From Selaginella moellendorffii (taxonomy: Eukaryota; Plantae; Lycopodiophyta), in contig NW_003314278.1 of the NCBI RefSeq assembly GCF_000143415.4, positions 1,324,673 to 1,388,672 of the forward strand: a stretch of 64,000 nt of DNA. Direction: 5' to 3'. This document shows, piece by piece, positions 47,500-57,502 of this stretch. The notes below the pieces were generated by a model, which saw nothing but the letters and a program-made list of their open reading frames with translations, did no database searches and had not been told where the DNA came from. Each line of letters begins with the position of its first letter. Positions within the stretch are counted from its first letter, which is position 1. The translations under genes and the position numbers were made by a program.

Positions 47500-50400
47500 T
47501 GAATTACCGAGCAAAATACTTGACAATATTCTACTCATGTTATACAAAAGTCTAACTCCTTATATCTTTACTATTGTCAAAGAAAGTGTGATAATACTTT
47601 ATAGGTACATAAAATAAATAAAACTTATATATGTGGAATTACCTATACAAAAAGAAAATAGGATTAAAATTCTTCCTATATAAAGAGATAGTTTGTATAT
47701 CTGAGCTAAATGCAAATCCTGAGTATTATAACTTATAAAGGATTTATAAAATTTTGCCTACTAAACAATTGCTAAATTTTATGCAATCTTTAGGCAAAAA
47801 AGCTATTGTGGGAACTTTAATGGTTCACAATAAAGCTTGGATACCCATAGGCAGAAATACACTTGGTGATAATTAGGTTAATAGACGTTGGATCAATTCT
47901 AAATTTGAATTGGTAAGTAACAAAATTTTGTGGAGTAAAAATCTTTTAAGATGGACCACATTTGAGCAAGATAGATATGCTCTAAAAAACAATGTTTGTT
48001 GCTCAAAAAAAATTTGGAACTTTTGTATAAGAAATGTTCTAGACATTTGGCCTCTAAAGGAAAGTTATCCCTATTTCGAAATTGGTTGGAAAATTAGATA
48101 CTTGCTCCTAAGAGTAACTGATAGGCTAATTTACAAGAGGGATACATTGCATATCAAAGCCTCATACCACTCATTCCACAAACGAGGCATAATAACTAAA
48201 CTTGCCATAATAACAACACCAACAAGCTTCAAAATATATAGGCATAGACCAATAATTGATCGTACTTATAAAGCTTTAAATGGCATAATCTTTATGTATA
48301 AAATTGTCACTATCTATACCAAACAAAGTGATAGATATACAATATTTCTCTCACAATCTAATGAGCAAAAGGCAGTTTAAAAAAAAATATTCACAAGATC
48401 TAAAATGAAATTACAAGGCACTTGCTTGTGATATTTGTGATATTAACCTCCTTTTAGAAAAGACTAAATCATTGCTCAATCAAGCTAGAGAAAAATTTGA
48501 AAGAGAGCGAGCTAAAAGTATATTGGGTATACCTCAACGAAGAGGAGATCAAAAATTTAAATATGATTTTGATGGTCATCCAGAATATATGAATCCATAC
48601 ACTACTCCTCTTTGGCAACATTGGGACATAGAAAATTCCTCTACTTCAACTGAGAGTATTGGAACACAAAACAACTGTAGTGATCGCCCACAAAAAAAAG
48701 AAGCGCTAAATTTACAACCTTTACCCTTTGACAGTGATCCAGGTTCCCTTACGAACTAAACACTTGTTTGCCTATACTATTTACAAAATAAAATATTTCC
48801 TAACAAATTGCAATGAACACAATAACAATTGCAGGAACACCAATAGACAACGTCATTACATATCCATCTTTTTTTGAAATTAAAGGAGAGGACCCACAAC
48901 TACATATTAAGCAATATATAGAAGTAATTAAGCTTAATCAAGAAAATAAGCAAAAAAAAATTAAATTCCCCTATACACACAAAAACAAAGTCAAAGACTG
49001 GTATTATGATAATGATGTTAAAAATCTTGGCACGTTCTTAAAAGTTTTCTCTATATAAACAAATCTAGGAGAAAACTATAATAAGTTACAAAAGGTTCAT
49101 CAAGGAAAATCTAAGACAATTAAGGAATATAGAACTCGATTTAACAAGCATTATAAGTATTAGTGTTCGACAAAATGCACCTACGCGTATATATATAGAT
49201 CCTTAAGAAAATTTATTGTGAACATACGATAAAGAGAGTTAATGTAGATTTCGATGATTTTAAAAAAAACCATAATTGCCTACTAAGATCTCATAAAATA
49301 ATCTGACATGGTAGATATGGTGAAGTCAGACAAAAAAACAACTTTTATAGACAAAGAAACTATTAAAGAGCCTTAAATTGCAAATCAATCTCAAATAAGG
49401 GATTTGATATATTAAATGCATAAATAAAGGCCATAACAAAGAAGAATACAAAGTTCAACTAATCAAGTGCTAATTTTGTGAAAAATAACAGTATTTAGCT
49501 AAGGAGTGTAAAACTTTGTTTAAACAACTCTGAAGCCAACAGGCAGCTTGAGTTAATAAAACAACATGTAGGAAAAACTATCCATTTGACAATAAAAGTT
49601 CTTGTAAAAAAAACCATTATAATGATAATCGAAGTGCCAAATGTGAATACTCATGTGCTAAAAGGCTAAATGACCATCGAGGTTATCCACCTAGGGGTAA
49701 TTTTTGAGATTATCCACCTAGCCATGAAGAAAATAAGCCTAGAGACTATAATTGACCTAGAGAATATGATTAATCTAGAGGTTATAATAAGCCTAGAGAA
49801 TATGAAAACCCTAGGAGTTGTAGTCAAGGTAAACTCCTATTTGCTATCCTATACTATACAATCAAGCTGAATCATCAAGCAAGAATGATAGGCCTCTTAA
49901 AGGTACACAACCTGCAGCTAGGCACATTAGAAGTACCACAGGTTGTGTATCTTTAGGAGGCCTATCATTCTTACTTGATGATTTAGCTTGATTGTATAGT
50001 ATAGGATAGCAAATAGGAGTTTTAACTTGATCATACTCTTTTGGTTTTTCATATTCTCTAGGCTTATTATAACCTCTAGGTTAATTATATTCTCTAGGTC
50101 AATTATAGTCTCTAGGCCTATTTTCTTCATGGCTAGGTGGATAATCTCGAAAATTACCCCTAGGTGGATAATCTTGATGGTCATCTAGCCTTTTAGCACA
50201 TGAGTATTCATGTTTGGCACTTCGATTATCATTATAATCATTTCTTTTACAATAACTTTTATTGTCAAATGGATAGCTTCATTTTATTAACTCAACTTGA
50301 TTGTATAGTATAGGATAGCGTGCCTAGCTGTAGGTTGTGTTGATAGCAAATAGGATTTTCCTCATGGCTAGGTGGATAATCTCGAAAATTACCCAAGTAC

Positions 50401-50900
50401 AAACTCAATTATGCTGTCCTTAAAATAACACAACCAGATTATGTCTACAAAACTCTATATTGCAAACATTAGCTAAAAATTACTTGCACAAACCAAAACT
50501 AGAAAAATAGTTTCTTATATATAGAGCAAGGCAACTAAAAAAGGTCTATGCCCATTATTTCCACTATACAATTGGAAAAAAAAAATCAATCTAAAAACTC
50601 AAATTTATAATTGAGAGGAAAGCTTAGATGGTTTTGAAGAACAATAAATTTTAAAAGATTTTCTTGAAATTAACCTAATTTCAGAAGTTGATCTTTATTT
50701 AATACTCAAAGGAATACTTAGACAACCCCTAAACAAAAAATTAGTTCGGATATAAAAGATTTTTCCTTATAGAAGGATTCTACTTATAAAATTGATCAAC
50801 AGAAAAACTATGTTTTGCATGTTTCTTTTGATCAACCACTTGAGCAAATCAATTTAGTAAATCAACAGCACTTCAACCTCAACCAGTTCTAGCATCTGCT
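47500..50900 (+). mobile_element. Highly decayed gypsy element related to host A (upstream ORF, gag, protease/RT linker)
   Basis: YPSFFEIKGEDPQLHIKQYIEVI..FPY..KVKDWYY (48860-49005) parallels host A gag at ~17930-18080; YN*EESLDGFEEQ*ILKDF..ISEVDL (~50605-50695) parallels YD*NEGLDSYEEAQILKAY..I*VDL (~20035-20125). Confidence 0.65.
49547..50297. repeat. Foldback inverted repeat: ~350-370-bp arms (49547-49914 and 49939-50297) with a ~24-nt spacer
   Basis: Mirror ORFs 49670+ and 49927- are almost the same peptide; arms meet at ...TACACAACCTG/CAGGTTGTGTA... Confidence 0.92.
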
Positions 50901-52029
50901 ATAGTGATGCAACATAGGTGAAATACTTTTATTAAGCTACTCTATTGCTTAAGGAGTGCATGTTGACTTGTCAAAGTATGTTATGCAGAGGCATCCTATC
51001 AAACAAACTCTTGGCTTGAATCAAATCCCCACCCAAACTAGTGTATTGCAAAGCATTCTCCCAGTTGAGCCTTAGGATCCAGTTTAGTGTATTTCCCTCT
51101 CTGATGTATTGTCCTGATCCTTTTACCGAAGGCCATCCTGGGAACTGGGACCTCCTTGGGAACTATACATGGAAACAGTGCACCACTGTTATGGGGATAA
51201 AAAACAATACCTTGAGGTGATGGGGTTGCTTCCATAACAAAGATGATTTGAGTCTCAGCACCATCAAGCATTATCCAATCACAAACCTCGATAACTTCAG
51301 TTTGTAAAGCAAGATGAAGGCGATCACAAGCGATGCTGCCTTAAGCTTTGATGTGGACTTTTCATCCTGGGTTGTAATGGGTTGTCATGAGGCCATGTTT
51401 GCTCCAAGCTGACATTAAACAAATACCTGACTTTACCTTTTTCATTGTATCATACCTTGTCCACTGCTGAGGAAGAAAAACAAGATCCCAACAAGAACTT
51501 TGCTGTAAGTGATGGCTTGCTAGCTCTTTGTAGATCCAATAAGTTTTTGATCGAAGCTCCCACATTTCTATGCCACCTAGGCCAAAAACCTCTACCCAAG
51601 CCTGGAGCTGAACAGTCACCTATATACTGTTGATTACTGTTCTTATGCACTACGTTGAAGAACAAGCAATCAGCTAATGCCTCTGTCAGATGGTCTGGTT
51701 CTTTCTGACTTAACCTGGGTAGGAGTGTGACTTCCATATCTTCAACATCTCTTTTGCTATTCCATCCTGGACTTTCTTTGTGTTGAGAGGAGCAATGCCA
51801 ATCGATTCCTTGTTTCTAGTTACCACTCTGTTTAGGCAAGATCTTCTGCAGCTAAGCTCTGAAGAGGAGGTGCCAGCTCTGGTTTCGTGGATATAAACCT
51901 GACACAAGCACTTTGAAGAGAAGAGCTTTGGATTGAATTCCTGGGTGTGGCACATTCTGAATAACTGAATTCCACTCTACTTTTGCCCAGACTTTGCACC
52001 TGCTGGAGTTTCTAAAGTTTCTACATATG

Positions 52030-52260
52030 TTGTTGGTGATCAAGTGTTGGTGAGTTATCGGGTGTTGCGGATCCAAGGTTTTTGCTGCGTAGGTCCTTAT
52101 CACATCGTCCAACAAGTTGGTCCACAAATCTATGTGGTGACACTCAATGCACAACGTCAAGAGAAGATCCATGTGAAGCGGTTAGCTCGATATTGTGTGT
52201 GAACGGATTGATGTAAGGATTCTACCATATATTCTATGATAGATATAGATAAACTCAACA
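52030..52260 (+). pseudogene. Gypsy integrase C-terminal GPY/F fragment, followed by a possible LTR start (TGTAAGG, ~52212)
   Basis: GDQVLV..VGPYHIVQQVGPQIYVV..IHVKRLARY. Confidence 0.55.
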
Positions 52261-53406
52261 AGATTGGAATACACTAACTTTTTAATAATAATAAATAAAA
52301 ATTTTTTAATGTGTATTTATGGAGCCCACAAGAGTAGGAGTGAGGTGTTATTAAATTATGAATCCCACATTATTTATATGCTCATATGATCCTGAGGTTT
52401 AGGGATATGAGGGAGTAAGTTTTATGTAGAGGGAGGAAAAATAAGAATTAATTAGAGTGAAAATACGAGTTATTGTGAAATTAGAGTATAATGTGAGTTA
52501 AGAGTTAACACGAGCTAAGAGTAAAAACGTGATGTAGCAGCTTAAAAGAGGGAAGTAGGAATGCTCAGATGGAGTTCCACCAGGTAGAAAAGACAAGTCA
52601 TACCTCAAGCCTCGGATTGCTCTCACCCGGTTGCCTACTTTAACCAAGCCCCGAACCACCCAGCAGTCTTGGCGCACAAGGATGACATCAGCCCTAACCT
52701 CTTGCTCCACTGCTCCTACTTCTGAGCTGCTAGCAGCTTCTCCCCTCCTTAAAAAAAAAGGTCTGTTGTTCTCTTGGAGTTCAAGAGGCATCCTCTTCAC
52801 CGTCTCCTCTGTTTTTGCTAGCTAGTTAGCTCTTACAAGAAGGAGCACAAGCCAAGTTCAGCTCCATGCTCAGCTCTATCATCTCCTCTTTAAGACACCT
52901 CACCTCTTTGAAGCCATTCAGGAGAGCTAGCACGCTTCACGTCTAGACGTCCCCCCCTTTTTTCCTTTTTGCGATTGTCTCTTCAAACTCATCATACTTA
53001 TTTAACTCACCAAACCTTACCAAGCCGAGTGCAGGTTTTGAAACCCCATGAGTCACCTTGGCCTTTTTCCATCTTCCAGTTGAGCTCTCCAACAATCTTG
53101 ACATGCGGATACGTGCAAACTGCTCCTTGAGCCAGGACCATTTCTCCCGGAGACAACTTATGCTACAACACTCTCTGCTCAACGATCTCAATGTGGAAAG
53201 ATCCACAAAGCTGTCCCACTCATCATAGTTGTAGAAGAAATCATCCTCATACTGCATCTGCAACCTTGCTCGAGCCCGAGCCTCCGCCATCGCAAGCTTC
53301 TCCCTCATCTTGATCAGCTCACACGAGGCGGCAAAACAAGTCCAGGTCCTGAGGAACAACAATGGAATACACCTTTCCCAGGTACCTGTCTCGAAACCTG
53401 TGAAAG

Positions 53407-53733
53407 NNNNNNNNNNNNNNNNNNNNNNNNNNNNNNNNNNNNNNNNNNNNNNNNNNNNNNNNNNNNNNNNNNNNNNNNNNNNNNNNNNNNNNNNNNNNNN
53501 NNNNNNNNNNNNNNNNNNNNNNNNNNNNNNNNNNNNNNNNNNNNNNNNNNNNNNNNNNNNNNNNNNNNNNNNNNNNNNNNNNNNNNNNNNNNNNNNNNNN
53601 NNNNNNNNNNNNNNNNNNNNNNNNNNNNNNNNNNNNNNNNNNNNNNNNNNNNNNNNNNNNNNNNNNNNNNNNNNNNNNNNNNNNNNNNNNNNNNNNNNNN
53701 NNNNNNNNNNNNNNNNNNNNNNNNNNNNNNNNN
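53407..53733. other. Assembly gap (N run)
   Basis: Run of N. Confidence 1.
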
Positions 53734-54415
53734 AGTATGCCACAATCGTTCGCTTGAAAATCTGAAGATGTCAATCGAAGCATGCAAGCAAAAACATGAA
53801 GTAAAGAAGTGCAGGTGGACAACAAAGGAGATGAACTGAGCGAGGCCAAGAACACATATAAGGACTGAATGTAAGCACGTGAGGCCACGTGTGGTTTTTT
53901 CCTCCGTGCGTGGCTTCATGTGCGAAGAGTTTGGTGTGGTAAGGTATGTTGCAGAGCAGCCAGAAGCCCTGGGTGAATATAAGTACGTGAGGCCTTGTGA
54001 GGTTTTACCACCGCCCGAGGACTCCTGTGCATGGGCCCCGGGCGAGAGTCATTTGTGAAAGTGTTCTGCATGAAACTGGTGCCCTGAGGCTTCTGGCCAC
54101 GTGGCCCCATGATTAATTTGTGTAGAGTGTGGTTTATTTTTGCATATTGAGTGTATCGATATCTTTTAGTTAGCAGATTATATTGAAGAACTGAAGACGA
54201 TATTGAACTGAAGATTCTTCAGCTCTTGAGCAACTGATTGCTGCTGGCTCACTTTCTATATATATCAAAGAGATTTTTTTTTAACAATAAACATCTAAGC
54301 TGCTGCAGTTAAGCTGTGACATTGTAAAGTTTAAAAAGGAAAAGAATTAGAAAAAGAAAAAAACAGAAATCACGAGCATTTTACTACTGCAATAACAAAT
54401 CGGGATTTCTAGGGT

Positions 54416-57157
54416 ATGTGTGCGGCGCTAGGGTTTGTGTGGTGTGTGTCATTTCTCAACAATCTCATGGAGTGGAAAACGTTTTTCAGGGATCCCACTT
54501 TCTGGTGGGACAACAGGTTCAAGAAGAAAAACAAGTTCTTCTCAGAGTCCTACCCGGATTTCAAACATGTTTCTACCGGAGAGAGCCTCTGGATCGCCAA
54601 CAGGAAAACACCGACCTGGGTCTCTGCAAAACTCGAGGCGCTCGCTGACCCAGCTGTAGGTAAGGCCACCACGGCCCGCTACAAATCTCCACATACCCCA
54701 CCTGTAGCTGGTGATGAACCGGTGAGTTTAGGGAGGCTGATACACCGCGTGAGAGACTCAGCTGAGAGCAGATCCCTTTCTTTGGGAAAACAAGCCCATG
54801 AAGCTGTGCTCAAGAGTGATGAGCACAAAAGCAACATCTACTTGTTGACGGGATTGATCGATATGTACTGCAAGTGTGGCGAGCTTAAGGAGGCTCGCAA
54901 GATTTTCGACTCCATGGGAACCCGGAGTGTTGCGTCCTACAACGCGATCATCCAGGGCTGCGGCTCGAACGGGCAAGCTGAACTTGCTCTGGAGTACTAC
55001 TCTGCCCTGAGAGCTTGTACCACCATTCAACCCAACGATCGGACACATGTCGCGGTGATCAGCGCCTGCTCCAGACTTGCTACCGAATCCAGCGAGAAGA
55101 GGGAGAGGGCTCTACGCATTGGGATGGAGATCCATTCAATGCTGAGCAAGGAGAAGAAACAGCTAGATCTGTTCGTGGCGACTTGCCTGGTAGACATGTA
55201 CTCCAAGTGTGGCGAGCTTGAGGAGGCTCGCAAGATTTTCCACTCCATGGGAACTCGGAGTGTTGTGTCCTACACCGCGATCATCCAGGGGTGCAACACG
55301 AACGGGCGAGCTGAACTTGCTCTGGAGTACTACTCTGCCCTGAGAGCTTGTACCACCATTCAACCCAACGATCGGACTCATGTCGCGGTGATCAGCGCCT
55401 GCTCCACACTTGCTACCGAATCCAGCGAGAAGAGGGAGAGAGCTCTACGCATCGGGATGGAGATCCATTCAATGCTGAGCAAGGAGAAGAAACAGCTAGA
55501 TCTGTTCGTGGCGAATTGCCTGGTAGACATGTACTGCAAGTGTGGTGAGCTTGAGGAGGCTCGCAAGATTTTCCACTCCATGGGAACTCAGAGTGTTGTG
55601 TCCTACAACGCGATCATCCAGGGCTGCGGCTCGAACGGGCAAGCTGAAGTTGCTCTGGAGTACTACTTTGCCCTGAGAGCTGATAACACCATTCAACCCG
55701 ACGATCGGACACATGTCGCGGTGATCAGCGCCTGCTCCACACTTGCTACCGAATCCAGCGAGAAGAGGGAGAGAGCTCTATGCATCGGGATGGAGATCCA
55801 TTCAATGCTGAGCAAGAAGAAACAGGTAGATCTGTTCGTGGCGAATTGCCTGGTAGACATGTACTGCAAGTGTGGCGAGCTTGAGGAGGCTCGCAAGATT
55901 TTCGACTCCATGGGAACCCGGAGTGTTGTGTCCTACAACGCGATCATCCAGGGCTGCGGCTCGAACGGGCAAGCTGAAGTTGCTCTGGAGTACTACTCTG
56001 CCCTGAGAGCTTGTACCACCATTCAACCTAACGATCGGACCCATGTCGCGGTGATCAGCGCCTGCTCCACACTTGCTACCGAATCCAGTGAGAAGAGGGA
56101 GAGAGCTCTACGCTTCGGGATGGAGATCCATTCAATGCTGAGCAAGGAGAAGAAACAGCTAGATCTGTTCGTGGCGAATTGCCTGGTAGACATGTACTGC
56201 AAGTGTGGCGAGCTTGAGGAGGCTCGCAAGATTTTCGACTCCATGAGAACCCGGAGTGTTGTGTCCTACAACGTGATCATCCAGGGCTGCGGCTCGAACG
56301 GGCAAGCTGAACTTGCTCTGGAGTACTACTCTGCCCTGAGAGCTTGTACCACCATTCAAGCTAATGCTTGCACCTACACCTGCGTCCTTGTTGCTTGCGG
56401 GAGTGTGATGGCGATCAAGCTCGGGAGGGAGATTCACCAGCTGGCGAAGCATGAAGGGCTGCTGAAAAACAATCCAGTTCTGGGCTCCAGCCTGGTGAGC
56501 TTCTACGGCAAATGCGGCGATGTTGATTCTGCTCAGGAAGCGTTTGACGAGTGCCGAGCTCGGGACGACACGGGTCTCTGGAACTCTCTCATACAGGCTT
56601 ACACTCTCCAGGGCCGATCGATCGAGGCCTTGGAGCGTTTCTATTCCATGACTCAGGAGGAGGGCTGTAAAGCTGACGATGTGAGTTTTGTCTCGGTGTT
56701 GAACGCTTGCAGCCATGGTGGTCTGGTCGGGAAAGGAAGGCAGCTTCTGGATGAAATGCCCAAGCAGTATGGAGTCAAGCCACGTCTGGAGCATTATGTG
56801 TGCCTGATCGATATGCTCGGGCGAGCTAACCTCCTCGACGAAGCTGTGAGAGTTCTCAGAACCATGCCTTTTGAACCGGATGCAGTGGTTTGGACGTCCC
56901 TGCTCGGAGCCTGCCGGAAGTGGAAGAATTACACGATCGGCAAACTTGCATTTGAGCGTCTTGTGGAGATGGATCCCAAGAGCGGCACGCCCTACGCATT
57001 GATGGCCAATATATTTGGAAACCTGGGGATGCTCAGTGAAAGGGCCGCTGTTGTGGAGAGAATGAGAGGTGAAGGCAGCTTCAGGGAGCCCGGGAGAAGC
57101 TGGTGGACGGATGTTAGCTCTCTTTCTCTTCCTCGGGTATGTCTTTTAGAACGTTGA
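54416..57157 (+). CDS. PLS-class PPR RNA-editing-factor-like protein with an N-terminal OSB-type PDF motif. ORF stops shortly after the PG box because of an internal inversion; alternative start at 54467
   Basis: 913-aa intronless ORF. WKTFFRDPTFWWDNR..K..YPDFKHVSTGESLW..TPTWV at the N-terminus; S-P-L triplets; P2-L2-S2 (SVLNACSHGGLV, EHYVCLIDMLGRANLLDEA); E1/E2 (VVWTSLLGAC, PYALMANIF); PGRSWW. Confidence 0.92.
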   Translation: MCAALGFVWCVSFLNNLMEWKTFFRDPTFWWDNRFKKKNKFFSESYPDFKHVSTGESLWIANRKTPTWVSAKLEALADPAVGKATTARYKSPHTPPVAGDEPVSLGRLIHRVRDSAESRSLSLGKQAHEAVLKSDEHKSNIYLLTGLIDMYCKCGELKEARKIFDSMGTRSVASYNAIIQGCGSNGQAELALEYYSALRACTTIQPNDRTHVAVISACSRLATESSEKRERALRIGMEIHSMLSKEKKQLDLFVATCLVDMYSKCGELEEARKIFHSMGTRSVVSYTAIIQGCNTNGRAELALEYYSALRACTTIQPNDRTHVAVISACSTLATESSEKRERALRIGMEIHSMLSKEKKQLDLFVANCLVDMYCKCGELEEARKIFHSMGTQSVVSYNAIIQGCGSNGQAEVALEYYFALRADNTIQPDDRTHVAVISACSTLATESSEKRERALCIGMEIHSMLSKKKQVDLFVANCLVDMYCKCGELEEARKIFDSMGTRSVVSYNAIIQGCGSNGQAEVALEYYSALRACTTIQPNDRTHVAVISACSTLATESSEKRERALRFGMEIHSMLSKEKKQLDLFVANCLVDMYCKCGELEEARKIFDSMRTRSVVSYNVIIQGCGSNGQAELALEYYSALRACTTIQANACTYTCVLVACGSVMAIKLGREIHQLAKHEGLLKNNPVLGSSLVSFYGKCGDVDSAQEAFDECRARDDTGLWNSLIQAYTLQGRSIEALERFYSMTQEEGCKADDVSFVSVLNACSHGGLVGKGRQLLDEMPKQYGVKPRLEHYVCLIDMLGRANLLDEAVRVLRTMPFEPDAVVWTSLLGACRKWKNYTIGKLAFERLVEMDPKSGTPYALMANIFGNLGMLSERAAVVERMRGEGSFREPGRSWWTDVSSLSLPRVCLLER
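54835..56360 (+). repeat. Tandem array of ~4.6 near-identical units (333, 333, 330, 333 bp), each one S-P-L PPR triplet of 111 aa
   Basis: Periodicity is visible in the DNA and in the antisense ORF starts 55248, 55581, 55911, 56244. Confidence 0.95.
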
Positions 57158-57277
57158 TCACATCACTCACGTACCCCTCCTCTTTCATTCTCAGCAACAA
57201 TTGCTTGAGCTTGGCCGTAATCTCGTCGCTCTGTGAGTGACTCCTATCCCTGACAGAAAAAGAATGCACTTTTCCTG
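57118..57277 (-). other. Inverted segment encoding the E+/gating part of the DYW domain
   Basis: Minus strand reads GKVHSFSVRDRSHSQSDEITAKLKQLLLRMKEEGYVSDVINVLKDIPEEEKE, exactly the segment expected between SWWTD and xxLCGHSEK. Confidence 0.92.
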
Positions 57278-57502
57278 GATCACCTGTGCGGCCACAGTGA
57301 GAAGCTTGCGCTGGGGTGTGCTCTGGTGAACTCGCAGCAGAAGGAGACCATCAGAATTGTGAAAAATCTCCGAGTTTGTGACGATTGCCATGCGGCCACT
57401 GCTCTCATCTCTAAGCTGGAAAAAAGGCTAATCATCTGCAAAGATGCCAGTCGGGTTCATGTGTTCCATGATGGCAGATGTTCCTGTGACAACTACTTTT
57501 GA
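57278..57502 (+). CDS. Catalytic C-terminal half of the DYW cytidine deaminase domain, in frame with the upstream ORF
   Basis: DHLCGHSEKLALGCALVNSQQKETIRIVKNLRVCDDCHAATALISKLEKRLIICKDASRVHVFHDGRCSCDNYF*. HxE, CxxCH, HxF and CSC are intact; ends NYF. Confidence 0.9.
   Translation, partial: DHLCGHSEKLALGCALVNSQQKETIRIVKNLRVCDDCHAATALISKLEKRLIICKDASRVHVFHDGRCSCDNYF

Noticed and set aside
52943-53919. Long ORFs spanning 53407-53733
   Set aside because: Artefacts of translating through the N gap.
57110-57281. Recombinase-driven invertible switch in the DYW gene
   Set aside because: Only a 3-bp inverted match (GAT/ATC) flanks the segment, and inverting there introduces a stop; no recombinase gene seen in the window.
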